Assembly: GCA_017508015.1 (NCBI GenBank)
Contig: JAFVZS010000070.1
Location: 1 to 50,659, forward strand
DNA length: 50,659 nt
Origin: Lentisphaeria bacterium
GTDB lineage: Bacteria; Verrucomicrobiota; Lentisphaeria; Victivallales; Victivallaceae
Direction of reading: 5' to 3'
A program made the translations under genes and the position numbers. Shown in pieces: positions 16,048 to 25,502 of this stretch. Every line of letters starts with the position of its first letter. The stretch's first letter is position 1. The notes beneath the pieces are model-generated. The model did no database searches. It was not told where the DNA came from and saw only the letters and a program-made list of their open reading frames with translations.

Positions 16048-17328
16048 GTGGAGGATTTTTTAGTATCGGGCATTTCAGATAGTGCCGCAGGTGAATGGCT
16101 GATTCTATTTGTCAGTCTTTTCTGTGCATTGTTTATTTCGCATATATGTTCATTGATGGAAGCGGCGGTGCTGAGTGTGACCCCGAGTCAGTTGGCCGAG
16201 TTGCGCCAGAAACATCCGGCAACCGGAAATCTGGCTCAGAATCTCAAACGGGATATCGATAAACCGCTGGCGGTGATCCTGATTTTAAATACGGCGGCTC
16301 ATACGATCGGTGCCGCACTGGCCGGTGCCAGTTTTGCCGAGTTGGGATACGGCAGATACATGGGAATATTTTCACTGGTTTTTACGCTGGTGATGGTTCA
16401 ATATACTGAGTTGCTGCCGAAAACTCTCGGAGTCAGATTCAATGTATCCATTTTGCGTGTGGCGGTAAGACCGCTGCATGCGGCAACTGTCGTGCTGGCC
16501 CCGCTGATCAAACTGACTAAAATCATCAACCGTCCGTTTGAGGTACGGGCTCCGGCAAGGCCGACTCCGGCCGAGGAGATTTCGGCTCTGGCCGCTATGG
16601 CCCGCAGTACTCAGGCGATTTCCAGCCGTCAGGAGCGGATAATCCGCATGGTTCCGTCACTGTCGGAAAAGAGTGCTGTGGAAGTGATGATCGCTCTGGA
16701 AGATGTCTCTTTTCTGGATGCCGATATGTCGCTTGACGATGCGATCAATGCCACCGGAAATGATTTTCACACCCGTTATCCGTTGTGTATTGAAGGGGAT
16801 CGCAGCCGGGTGCCCGGTTATGTGAATATCAAAGAGATCATTCTGGCGGTACAGCACGGCAAAGGGGATATGAAAGTATCGGATATCATGCGGCCGATCG
16901 CTTTTGCCGATTCCGATGACAGTGCATCAAAACTGTTGGAAATGTTCGCCGCCCAGCATTGTCACATGACGATCGTGCGGGATGTGGTTTCCGGCAAGAC
17001 TTGCGGTCTGGTCACACTGGAGGATATCGTTGAGGAGTTGATCGGGGATCTGGATGATGAATTTGATCCGCTGCCCCGGACATTTTATGCACCCGGCGAT
17101 AATTTGTGGGTGGTCGGCGGCGGAGTGCCGTTGACCCAGCTGGCCAGAGATACACAGTTGGATTTACCGCGCCGGACTGAATCGGTTTCGGCATGGTTCG
17201 GCCGGGAATTGGGCAAACAGGTTAAGGTCGGAGATACGCTGACCTGGAAAAATGCGGTATTGTTTGTCCGCAAAGTCCGCCGCCGTCAGGCATGGGAATT
17301 TCATGTGAAACGGCGCAAACTGCTGTAA
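16048..17328 (+). CDS. CNNM/CorC-HlyC family transporter (DUF21 + CBS pair + CorC_HlyC domain)
   Basis: TM-rich N-terminus, and TLEDIVEELIGDLDDEFD at the CBS/CorC junction. The track ORF starts at 15964, which is inside the upstream terminator. GTG 16048, preceded by GGGGAAAAAA, is the likely start but remains uncertain. Confidence 0.88.
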   Translation: MEDFLVSGISDSAAGEWLILFVSLFCALFISHICSLMEAAVLSVTPSQLAELRQKHPATGNLAQNLKRDIDKPLAVILILNTAAHTIGAALAGASFAELGYGRYMGIFSLVFTLVMVQYTELLPKTLGVRFNVSILRVAVRPLHAATVVLAPLIKLTKIINRPFEVRAPARPTPAEEISALAAMARSTQAISSRQERIIRMVPSLSEKSAVEVMIALEDVSFLDADMSLDDAINATGNDFHTRYPLCIEGDRSRVPGYVNIKEIILAVQHGKGDMKVSDIMRPIAFADSDDSASKLLEMFAAQHCHMTIVRDVVSGKTCGLVTLEDIVEELIGDLDDEFDPLPRTFYAPGDNLWVVGGGVPLTQLARDTQLDLPRRTESVSAWFGRELGKQVKVGDTLTWKNAVLFVRKVRRRQAWEFHVKRRKLL

Positions 17329-17368
17329 TTTGAGATCAAATCAGTATAGATTGAAAGGAATATAAAAA

Positions 17369-18076
17369 ATGGCACAGGATATAACCGGATTTCCTCAGGA
17401 TAAAATATTGGTTTCACCATCGATTCTCGCCGCCGATTTTTGTGAATTGGGCCGGGAGTGTGACGAGGTGGTAAAGGCCGGAGCTGAGATGCTGCATTTG
17501 GATGTGATGGATGGTAAAATGGTACCGAATATCTCTTTCGGAGTGCCGGTGATCACTTCATTGCGCAAAAAGAACAGTGCGCTTTTTGATGTGCATTTGA
17601 TGATCGACCGGCCGCTGTTTTACACTCCGGCATTTGTGAAGGCCGGAGCGGATCATATTACATTTCATGTGGAAAGTTCCGATGACCCGCTTAAAACGAT
17701 CAAAGCTATTCATGATCACGGATGTTCCGCTGGCATGTCTCTGCGTCCGGGAACTCCGGCGGAGGCACTTTTTCCGTACCTTGACCAGTTGGAAATGGTG
17801 TTGGTCATGACCGTGGAACCGGGGTTCGGCGGTCAGAGTTTCATGGCCGATCAATTGCCGAAAATTGCTGCATTCCGCAGAGAGATTATCAAGCGCGGCC
17901 TTAAATGCCATATCGAGGTCGATGGCGGTATCGGGGCAAAAAATGCGGATCTGGTTGTCGCTCACGGAGCGAATGTGCTGGTCGCCGGGACATCGGTTTT
18001 CCGTCATCCGGAAGGGATGGCCGCCGGGGTCAAAGTGCTGCACGATGCACAGGATAAATTTGACAGTGCGATTTAA
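17369..18076 (+). CDS. rpe: ribulose-phosphate 3-epimerase
   Basis: SPSILAADF, LHLDVMDG and VMTVEPGFGGQSF motifs; 235 aa. Confidence 0.96.
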   Translation: MAQDITGFPQDKILVSPSILAADFCELGRECDEVVKAGAEMLHLDVMDGKMVPNISFGVPVITSLRKKNSALFDVHLMIDRPLFYTPAFVKAGADHITFHVESSDDPLKTIKAIHDHGCSAGMSLRPGTPAEALFPYLDQLEMVLVMTVEPGFGGQSFMADQLPKIAAFRREIIKRGLKCHIEVDGGIGAKNADLVVAHGANVLVAGTSVFRHPEGMAAGVKVLHDAQDKFDSAI

Positions 18077-18100
18077 GAGTCTTACGGAACAGGTGTCGTC

Positions 18101-18484
18101 ATGCTGGAACTGGATTTTCAGAAGAGCGGCGGTTTGATCCCCGCTGTTGCACAGGATTATAAGAGTGGCGAGGTGCTGATGCTGGCATATATTTCTCCGG
18201 AATCATGGGCGGAAACGCTCAAATCCGGGTATGCCACTTACTTTTCACGCAGCCGCAATAAACTTTGGAAAAAGGGCGAATCCAGCGGGCATCTGCAAAA
18301 AATCAAAGCGATATTGGTGGATTGTGATCTGGATACGGTCATTTTTAAAGTCGATCAGGCCGGGCCGGGAGCCTGTCATACCGGTCACCGGAGCTGCTTT
18401 TACCGGGAAGTAGATGGTGATACTTTGCGGGAAGTTGAAGAGGCTGTTTTTGATGCTGAAAAGGTTTATCAGGTGAAAAAATGA
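18101..18484 (+). CDS. hisI: phosphoribosyl-AMP cyclohydrolase
   Basis: GLIPAVAQD, YFSRSRNKLWKKGESSGH, DCD and CHTGHRSCF motifs; 127 aa. Confidence 0.95.
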   Translation: MLELDFQKSGGLIPAVAQDYKSGEVLMLAYISPESWAETLKSGYATYFSRSRNKLWKKGESSGHLQKIKAILVDCDLDTVIFKVDQAGPGACHTGHRSCFYREVDGDTLREVEEAVFDAEKVYQVKK

Positions 18485-20559
18485 ATTCGCTTATCAACAT
18501 TTTGAGCAGTGAGTTGCCGGAATTGAAAATCTCCCGCAAGGTTTCTTTCCGGGATTTGACTTCGCTGGGAGTTGGCAGCGGTCTGCTGCCGGTGCTTGTC
18601 GAGCCGGAAAATGATGAACAACTGGCGGCAGTATTGAAAATACTGCACAAAAAAGAGGTAAAGTACTTCCTTTTCGGTGCCGGAACCAATCTGGTCGGCT
18701 GTGATGATCCTGGAGAACTGGCGGGACTGAGGCTTTCCGGAAAACATTTTTCCCGGGTGGCGATCGATGGATTGAGCGTTCGGGCCGGGGCTTATGCAAA
18801 GCTGCCGCTGCTGGCGGCATTGTGCGGCAAGGCCGGGCTCGGCGGTCTTGCTCCGCTTTCCGGGATCCCCGGTTCGATCGGCGGTGCTTTGCGGATGAAT
18901 GCCGGAGCAAACGGTGTGGAAATCGGTGATTTCGTCAGCGAGATCCACGGATTTTATCCCAATGGCAGAAGATATTCAGCCAAAGGTGAAGATATTCAGT
19001 GGTTCTACCGGGGCAACACTATTCCCAAAGAGGTGATCATTACCGAGGCGGTTTTTGCACTGCGTGAGAGCAATGTGGTTCTGGAGGAAGAGGAGATCTG
19101 TCTGGAAAATGAAAGGCGCAGAAAACGTGAACCGGCCGGCCGTACTGCCGGGTGTGCCTTCCGTAATGTTTCTGACCTTGATCCTGCCGGCAAGCTGATC
19201 GACATGTGCGGTCTGCGCGGCTTGCGGGTCGGGGATCTGCTCGTCAGTGAAAAACACGCCAACTATATTATGAATCAGGGCAATGCTTCAGAGGAAGATT
19301 ATCTGGATCTGGTGCGGATTTTGCGGCGGGCCGTTGCCGGGAAATTCGGGTTTTATCTGGTTCCGGAGATCATCCCGGTGAATGACGGACTTGCCCGGCT
19401 GATAAGTGAAGATACTCCGGCTCCCAAAGTGAATTTGCTTTGCGGAGGAGTCAGCAGTGAAAGGGAGGTCTCTTTGAAAAGCGGCGATGCGGTGGCCAGA
19501 GCGTTGCGCAATGCCGGATTCAAAGTCGAGTACAGTGATATCCGCAGTTGTGAAGTTACTCCGGAAATGGAAACGTGCGATGTCGTATACCCGGTATTGC
19601 ACGGCGGATTCGGTGAGGATGGCACTTTGCAGCGCATGCTGGAAAAAAACAGTATCCGATTCGTCGGTTCCGGTTCGGCGGCCAGCCGTCTGGTGATGGA
19701 TAAGATCGCCACGAAAAAATTGCTTGACCGTATCGCTCTGCCGACGGCAGCATGGGCGGTCGTTACCCGTCAGGATCGGCAGTTCCCGGAAAATTTGCAC
19801 TTTCCTGTCATGGTCAAGGCCCCGCTGGAAGGTTCCACGGTCGGTATCGTTAAAGTTGATGCCATGGAAAAATGGGAAAGCGCATTGGATGATGAATTCA
19901 AATATTCCGACGAATTGCTGGTGGAAGAATTCATCAAAGGTGTGGAAATCACCGTACCGGTACTCAATGGCGAAGTGCTGGAAGCTATCGAAATCGTTAC
20001 GCCCGGCGGATTTTACGACTGGGATGCCAAATATGTCTACAAAAACGGCAAAACCGAGTATATCACCCCGCCGGGATCTCTGCCGCAAAATGTGATCGAT
20101 CTGGCTAAAGAGTATGCACTTAAATTTTATCATGCTTCCGGATGCCGGGATATATTGCGGGTGGATTTTATCGTGGATCCCGATGGGGTGCCGCGGATAC
20201 TTGAAGGGAATAATCTTCCCGGAAATACGGATCACAGTCTGGTCCCGAAAGCTGCCCGTCATGCCGGGATCTCTATGGAAAAAATGGCGGCGCTGATGGT
20301 TTATTGTGCTATGAAACGCTCCGGCGATATGCCGGTTTCCACCGCAGAAATAATTCCGGAAAGCTGCGCAGGAACTTTTGACCGATTCATCAATACTCTG
20401 TGCAATCTTGCCGCATTTGCGGCCGGAGCTGTGCTGATTTATGCCGGTGCGGTGCGTGACGAATGGAGTCGCGGGGCGGCAACGGCGTTGCTGGCCGGAG
20501 GTATTCTGGCCGTGATATTTGCGATTTGCCGTCAATTTGACCGCCGGGAAAAAAGATGA
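18481..20559 (+). CDS. murB/ddl: fusion protein: UDP-N-acetylenolpyruvoylglucosamine reductase (MurB) + D-alanine--D-alanine ligase (Ddl) + C-terminal 2-TM tail
   Basis: aa 1-300 are MurB-like (FGAGTNLV, GIPGSIGGALRMNAG, GCAFRN, SEKHANYI). aa ~316-610 are Ddl-like (LLCGGVSSEREVSL, PVLHGGFGEDGTLQ, MDKIATK, VEEFIKG.E.TV, LEGNNLPG). The last ~70 aa have two hydrophobic helices. Confidence 0.9.
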   Translation: MNSLINILSSELPELKISRKVSFRDLTSLGVGSGLLPVLVEPENDEQLAAVLKILHKKEVKYFLFGAGTNLVGCDDPGELAGLRLSGKHFSRVAIDGLSVRAGAYAKLPLLAALCGKAGLGGLAPLSGIPGSIGGALRMNAGANGVEIGDFVSEIHGFYPNGRRYSAKGEDIQWFYRGNTIPKEVIITEAVFALRESNVVLEEEEICLENERRRKREPAGRTAGCAFRNVSDLDPAGKLIDMCGLRGLRVGDLLVSEKHANYIMNQGNASEEDYLDLVRILRRAVAGKFGFYLVPEIIPVNDGLARLISEDTPAPKVNLLCGGVSSEREVSLKSGDAVARALRNAGFKVEYSDIRSCEVTPEMETCDVVYPVLHGGFGEDGTLQRMLEKNSIRFVGSGSAASRLVMDKIATKKLLDRIALPTAAWAVVTRQDRQFPENLHFPVMVKAPLEGSTVGIVKVDAMEKWESALDDEFKYSDELLVEEFIKGVEITVPVLNGEVLEAIEIVTPGGFYDWDAKYVYKNGKTEYITPPGSLPQNVIDLAKEYALKFYHASGCRDILRVDFIVDPDGVPRILEGNNLPGNTDHSLVPKAARHAGISMEKMAALMVYCAMKRSGDMPVSTAEIIPESCAGTFDRFINTLCNLAAFAAGAVLIYAGAVRDEWSRGAATALLAGGILAVIFAICRQFDRREKR

Positions 20560-20568
20560 GGTGCGGCG

Positions 20569-21633
20569 ATGGCGGAAAACACCTTTTTCGGCGAGATCCA
20601 TAAAGAATTGAATGCCAAAACGATACCGTGCGGCAAGTGGAATATGCCCTTGTTTTATCCAGGCGGCAGTGTCGCTGAACACCGCCATTTTTACAGCGGA
20701 GCAGTGATTTTTGACCGCAGTATGGTACGTTGTTTCCAGATTTCCGGCAAGAGGATCGGGGAGCTGCTGGATGAGATTTTTCTGTCGCCGGTAAGTGATA
20801 TGCCGGTCGGAGGATGCCGGGAAAATGTTTTGCTCAATGGCGATGGCACATTTGCACTGATTTTTACCTTGTGCCGGATGCAGGATGACGATTTTATGCT
20901 GCTCGGTGACAGCGGTATTGCTGATAAAGAGTGGTCGTATTTGCGCAACGTATTGCCGGGAACCGATATCCGTGAGTTGGATTCTGTGATGGCACAATTG
21001 GCGGTTTCCGGCAGTAAAAGTGCGGAAATCCTGCAAGCTGCCGGAGCAGAAACTCTGCCGGATGAAGATCATTGGCAGATGATCACGCTCAAAGATGCTG
21101 ACGGAGATGAATACCGGACTATCGCAGTTCACACAAAACTTTTCGGTAAAGATTCTTTTCACCTTTGTTTCGATGCCCGGTATGCCCTGGAAGTGTACGG
21201 CGCACTCTATGAAGTTCCCGGGATCGCCCCGGCCGGTATCGGCGCATGGGAAAGTTTGCGGATCGAAAACGGTCAACCGGCGGCACCGCAGGAGCTGAAA
21301 AGTACTTTGCATCCGGCGGATTGCGGTTTGGGGCAACGGGTGGATATGACACGGAATTTTGCCGGCAAAACTGCTTTGGCCGGAGTGAAACAATCTTTCA
21401 AGCTCTTTTTGATAAAGCTTGACCGGCATCCGGCGGAGCCCGGAACCATTGTGGAATTATCCGGAAAAGCTGCCGGAACAGTTACCTCCAGTGCCTATTG
21501 TCCGGTTGCCGGTTGTGCGCTGGCGATTTGCCGGATCGATGCTCTTGGCACAGTGAAAAACGGGGATAAAACCGGTTGTGCCGTCAACGGCAAAAATATT
21601 GACGGTGATGTCGTGAGGGAAATATACCGCTGA
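20569..21633 (+). CDS. aminomethyltransferase-family protein (GcvT/YgfZ-like, folate-binding)
   Basis: 354 aa. The N-terminal pattern 'WNMPLFYPGGSVAEHRHFYSGAVIFDRS' parallels GcvT 'WEMPVQY..I..EH.AVR..AG.FDVS'. It is divergent, and no other glycine-cleavage genes are nearby. Confidence 0.78.
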   Translation: MAENTFFGEIHKELNAKTIPCGKWNMPLFYPGGSVAEHRHFYSGAVIFDRSMVRCFQISGKRIGELLDEIFLSPVSDMPVGGCRENVLLNGDGTFALIFTLCRMQDDDFMLLGDSGIADKEWSYLRNVLPGTDIRELDSVMAQLAVSGSKSAEILQAAGAETLPDEDHWQMITLKDADGDEYRTIAVHTKLFGKDSFHLCFDARYALEVYGALYEVPGIAPAGIGAWESLRIENGQPAAPQELKSTLHPADCGLGQRVDMTRNFAGKTALAGVKQSFKLFLIKLDRHPAEPGTIVELSGKAAGTVTSSAYCPVAGCALAICRIDALGTVKNGDKTGCAVNGKNIDGDVVREIYR

Positions 21634-21658
21634 TATGCGGTTTTTTCGCCGGAAAAGT

Positions 21659-21687
21659 TTGACAAACAGCACTTTCGGTGCTATATT
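21659..21687 (+). promoter_or_regulatory. near-consensus sigma70 promoter ~215 nt upstream of prs
   Basis: TTGACA (21659-21664), 17-nt spacer, TATATT (21682-21687). Confidence 0.6.
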
Positions 21688-21905
21688 AAAATGTTTGTTG
21701 ATACAGTTTTGGAATCTTGATCTGTTTGGATACAGATCTCGGCAAGGGGTTTTCCGTTCTGCCGGACCGCGAGTTTCCGGAGCTGCGCTTTTAGATGAGA
21801 ATATCAGACAACTTCTTGTCGGGTAAGGGGTTGCTATTCTTTTGAAAGCCGGTTTCGATGCCTGTCGGTTCAGCAGTATGTAAATAAAAATTGACAGGGT
21901 AGAAA

Positions 21906-22865
21906 ATGAAATTGGCAGAAGCAACACACATTTGTCTGTACTCCGGTTGCGGACATCCGGAACTCTCGCAGAATATCGCTAATTACCTCGGCGTCGGACT
22001 CGGCAAAGTCCATATTACGCACTTTCCTGACAGCGAGATTTTTGTGCAGTTTGAAGAAAACGTGCGCCGGGCGGATGCGTTTTTGATCCAGCCGACCTGT
22101 ACGCCTTCCAATGAGAACCTGATGGAATTGCTCATTATGATCGATGCCGCCAAACGTGCCAGCGCGGCCCGGATCACCGCTGTGCTGCCGTATTTCGGCT
22201 ATGCCCGTCAGGATCGCAAGGATAAGCCGCGGGTCCCCATCACTGCCAAACTGGTGGCTAATCTGCTCACCTGCGCCGGAGCCGACCGGATTTTGACGAT
22301 GGATCTGCACGCACAGCAGATACAGGGATTCTTTGATATTCCGGTGGATCACCTCTATGCCCGTCCGGTATTGGTTCCGCATCTTAAAGAGCTTATCGGT
22401 GACAACGGTGTGGTGGTCGCTCCGGATTCCGGAAGCACCAAGATGGCCATGGCCTACTGCGACATGCTTTCTGCCGGATTCGCCGTGGTTTGCAAACGGC
22501 GGATCAACGCCACTACCGTGGCTTCCAGCCATCTGGTCGGTGATGTAAAAGACCGTATCTGTGTTATCACTGATGATATGACCAGTACTGCCGGTACACT
22601 CTGTGCGGCAGCTAAAATCCTCAAGGCCAATGGCGCCGCCAAGGTCTATGCGGCGGTTTCCCACTGCCTGTTGAGCGGTGTCGGTAAGGAAAAACTGCTC
22701 AACACTCCGGAAATCGAACAGTTGATCACCACTGATGCTGTGCCGAATATCGATACGCTCAACGGCAAGATCAAAGTGGTTAGTGTTGCTCCGCTGATCG
22801 GTGAAGCCATCCGGCGCATCCATGATGGTAAATCAGTATCCCCGCTCTTTTATTTGGGACACTGA
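21906..22865 (+). CDS. prs: ribose-phosphate pyrophosphokinase
   Basis: DLHAQQIQGFFDIPVDHL, VVAPDSGS and ITDDMTSTAGT motifs; 319 aa. Confidence 0.97.
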   Translation: MKLAEATHICLYSGCGHPELSQNIANYLGVGLGKVHITHFPDSEIFVQFEENVRRADAFLIQPTCTPSNENLMELLIMIDAAKRASAARITAVLPYFGYARQDRKDKPRVPITAKLVANLLTCAGADRILTMDLHAQQIQGFFDIPVDHLYARPVLVPHLKELIGDNGVVVAPDSGSTKMAMAYCDMLSAGFAVVCKRRINATTVASSHLVGDVKDRICVITDDMTSTAGTLCAAAKILKANGAAKVYAAVSHCLLSGVGKEKLLNTPEIEQLITTDAVPNIDTLNGKIKVVSVAPLIGEAIRRIHDGKSVSPLFYLGH

Positions 22866-22916
22866 AGTCAATATAGAAAATCAACAATTCTCCAAAAATA
22901 AAGCGAAAGGAAATCC

Positions 22917-23561
22917 ATGAGCAAAACAGAGAATGTGATCGCGGCACAGCCGCGGAGCGAATTCGGAGACAATGCCTCCCGGCGTCTCCGGAAGTCGGGA
23001 TTCATTCCGGCGGTCATTTACAGCCGCGGCAAAGAATCCGTCGCCGTTATGCTGAAAACCGAAGAATGGCAGGTCGCTTACGCCAAGAAGGCCAGTCTTT
23101 ACACCATCTCACTTGAGGGTAAAGAGATTCCCGCCATTGTCAAGGAAGTTCAGTTCAACCATCTGAAAAACTATGTCTACCATGTCGACTTTCAGGCTGT
23201 TGACATGACCGCTGAGGTCCATGCCAATGTCAAGCTGCACGCTTTCGGCGACTGCTACGGTGCTTCCCACGGCGGTGTGCTGGAGCAGGAAGTTCACGAG
23301 CTGCCGGTGGCCTGTACTCCGGATGCTCTGCCGGATATGATCAAGGTCGATGTCACCAATTTGAAAGTCGGTGATGCTCTGACCGTGGCCGATCTGGTTC
23401 TGCCCGAAGGCGTCAAAGTTCGCGGCCTGGATGCTGAAGAGATCGTCTTCCACGTGGTTCTGCCGACTGAAGAGACCGCTTCAGAGGCAGATGCCGCCGA
23501 GCCGGAAGCCATCAACGAGAAGAAAGCCGAAGCCCGCGCTGCGGAAAAGGCTAAAAAGTAA
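22917..23561 (+). CDS. rplY: 50S ribosomal protein L25 / general stress protein Ctc
   Basis: RRLRKSGFIPAVIY at the N-terminus, an acidic/Lys-rich C-terminal extension, and the classic prs-ctc-pth synteny. Confidence 0.93.
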   Translation: MSKTENVIAAQPRSEFGDNASRRLRKSGFIPAVIYSRGKESVAVMLKTEEWQVAYAKKASLYTISLEGKEIPAIVKEVQFNHLKNYVYHVDFQAVDMTAEVHANVKLHAFGDCYGASHGGVLEQEVHELPVACTPDALPDMIKVDVTNLKVGDALTVADLVLPEGVKVRGLDAEEIVFHVVLPTEETASEADAAEPEAINEKKAEARAAEKAKK

Positions 23562-23618
23562 GTTCCGTTCCCGGAGTATCTTCTCCGGAGCAAAGCTGAT
23601 TGATAAAAGGATTTTCTC

Positions 23619-24233
23619 ATGGCAGATATCGCCGGAAGCAGCATAAAATTGATCGTGGGGTTGGGTAATCCCGGGTCGGAATATGCCAACAGCCGGCACA
23701 ATGCGGGATTCATGGTGATCGAAAAATTGCTTTCCGTTTTTCCGGAAGGGCGTTTTACCGAGAGCCATCTGGCTGAAAGCCGGGTCTTTACCGGCAGATA
23801 CCGGGGAAAACCGCTGATACTGCAAATGCCGCTTACTTATATGAATGTGAGCGGTGCCGCAGTGGCTCCGTTGAGCCGCCGGTTGGGGATCGGGGTTCAG
23901 GAAATAATGGTTATTTCCGATGACCTTGATCTGGCACCGGGCAGACTGCGGCTGCGTCAGGGCGGTTCTGACGGCGGACATAACGGATTGAAATCGATCA
24001 TTGCCGAATTGGGCAGTGCCGGTTTCAAACGGGTCCGGATCGGGATCGGCCGTCCTGCCAACGGAAAAACTGCGGACTATGTGTTGAGCGGTTTTGAAGG
24101 CGATGAGGAAAAAGCTTTTGCTTCAGCCGTCGACCGGGCGGCCGAGGCGGTATTGACCGTCTTGAGTGCCGGTATGACAACGGCAATGAATAAATTCAAT
24201 GCCGCGGAGAAGAGTGAAACTGAAAACAAGTAA
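23619..24233 (+). CDS. pth: peptidyl-tRNA hydrolase
   Basis: LIVGLGNPGSEYANSRHNAGF, DDLDL and GGHNGLKS motifs. Confidence 0.96.
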   Translation: MADIAGSSIKLIVGLGNPGSEYANSRHNAGFMVIEKLLSVFPEGRFTESHLAESRVFTGRYRGKPLILQMPLTYMNVSGAAVAPLSRRLGIGVQEIMVISDDLDLAPGRLRLRQGGSDGGHNGLKSIIAELGSAGFKRVRIGIGRPANGKTADYVLSGFEGDEEKAFASAVDRAAEAVLTVLSAGMTTAMNKFNAAEKSETENK

Positions 24234-24262
24234 AAAAAGCCATCAAAGAAAAGAGGTTTATT

Positions 24263-24589
24263 TTGAAAAAATACGAATCTGTATTCATTCTGGACATCCG
24301 CAAGACGGATGACAACGGTGCTGCTTTCTGCAATGGTTTCGCAGAGTTGATCAAGTCTCTCGGCGGCGAAATCGAAAAGACCGTTGAAATGGGCCGTAAA
24401 CAATTCACCTATGAAATCGACAAACGCCGTGCCGGGTTGTATTTCGATTTTATCTTCACTCTGGATCCGGCCAAACTGGTCGCCATCCGGGAGAAGTATC
24501 ATCTCGACCAGCAGGTTCTCCGCAATATGACGCTGATCTATGATCGGCCGGAAGGTGCGGATAATGCCGAGCCGCTCCGGTTCGAGTAA
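24263..24589 (+). CDS. rpsF: 30S ribosomal protein S6
   Basis: MKKYESVFIL N-terminus, TTG start with an AGAGG SD, and rpsF-ssb-rpsR-rplI synteny. Confidence 0.93.
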   Translation: MKKYESVFILDIRKTDDNGAAFCNGFAELIKSLGGEIEKTVEMGRKQFTYEIDKRRAGLYFDFIFTLDPAKLVAIREKYHLDQQVLRNMTLIYDRPEGADNAEPLRFE

Positions 24590-24639
24590 GTTGGCAATCA
24601 GACACAGAACAATCATCTGAAACTTTGGAGATATGAATC

Positions 24640-25185
24640 ATGGCTTCGTTGAATAAGGTTTTTCTTTTGGGCAACCTGACCCGTGATCCGGATTTGCGCG
24701 GATTTCCCAACGGTCAGAGTGTTTGCGATCTGGGATTGGCGATCAGCCGCCGTTTTACCAGCAATGGTCAGGATCAGGAAGAAACCTGTTTCGTCGATGT
24801 GGTGGTTTGGGGCAAAGCTGCCCAGAATTGCCGTCAGTATCTTTCCAAAGGTTCGCAGGTGATGGTCGAGGGCCGTTTGCAGCTGGATACCTGGGAAGAC
24901 CGCAATGGCGGCGGACGCCGTTCCAGATTGCGGGTGGTCGCTGAAAATATCCAATTCATGAGCCGCCGGAAAGATGAAAATGCTGGCGGCAGTCAGGGTG
25001 GATATCCCAATGGCGGCTACGCTCCGAATAATGGTTATCAGCAAAACGGTTATCCGCAAGCCAATAATGCATATGCCGCTCCCGCCGGAGGTCCGGCGCC
25101 GCGTCCGGCGGATTTCCCGCCGATGCCGGAACCGGAATATGGCAGCAATTCTGCCGGAATGCCGGAAGATGACATTCCGTTTTGA
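24640..25185 (+). CDS. ssb: single-stranded DNA-binding protein
   Basis: The OB-fold N-terminus is NKVFLLGNLTRDPDLR. A Gly/Asn/Pro-rich linker follows, and the C-terminal tip is the acidic DDIPF. Confidence 0.96.
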   Translation: MASLNKVFLLGNLTRDPDLRGFPNGQSVCDLGLAISRRFTSNGQDQEETCFVDVVVWGKAAQNCRQYLSKGSQVMVEGRLQLDTWEDRNGGGRRSRLRVVAENIQFMSRRKDENAGGSQGGYPNGGYAPNNGYQQNGYPQANNAYAAPAGGPAPRPADFPPMPEPEYGSNSAGMPEDDIPF

Positions 25186-25248
25186 TCGCTGTTCTGTGTG
25201 AAATTGAAACAAAAACCGAGTATAGTATAAAGAAAAGAGAGGATTCCC

Positions 25249-25485
25249 ATGCAGGGTCAGAAAAGACAGGGCGGCCGTCGTCGCGCGGCTGCAAAACCCA
25301 AGGTTTGCCGTTTTTGTGAGGCAAAAGTCCGCTACATCGATTTCAAAGATGCTGAAACTCTGATGAAGTTTCAGACCGAAAAAGGCAAAATCATGCCGCG
25401 CCGTATTACCGGCAATTGCCTCGATCACCAGAAAATGCTTTCCATCGCCGTTAAACGTGCGCGGATGCTCTCGCTGGTCTACTGA
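25249..25485 (+). CDS. rpsR: 30S ribosomal protein S18
   Basis: CRFC...IDFKD...GKIMPRRITG.C..HQ pattern; 78 aa. Confidence 0.95.
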   Translation: MQGQKRQGGRRRAAAKPKVCRFCEAKVRYIDFKDAETLMKFQTEKGKIMPRRITGNCLDHQKMLSIAVKRARMLSLVY

Positions 25486-25502
25486 TAAACGGAGGTATTT
25501 AC

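Noticed and set aside
19288-21429. 713-aa ORF on the minus strand
   Set aside because: It is antisense to the motif-rich MurB-Ddl and GcvT-like genes. Its translation is Arg/Ile/Phe/His-rich with no recognisable motif, the typical shadow ORF of a GC-third-position-biased coding strand.
21891-21896. TTGACA hexamer just before prs as its promoter
   Set aside because: It lies only 10 nt upstream of the ATG with no -10 element possible. The upstream 21659 promoter is the better candidate.
24613-25428. 271-aa minus-strand ORF across ssb and rpsR
   Set aside because: It is antisense to two unmistakable housekeeping genes.
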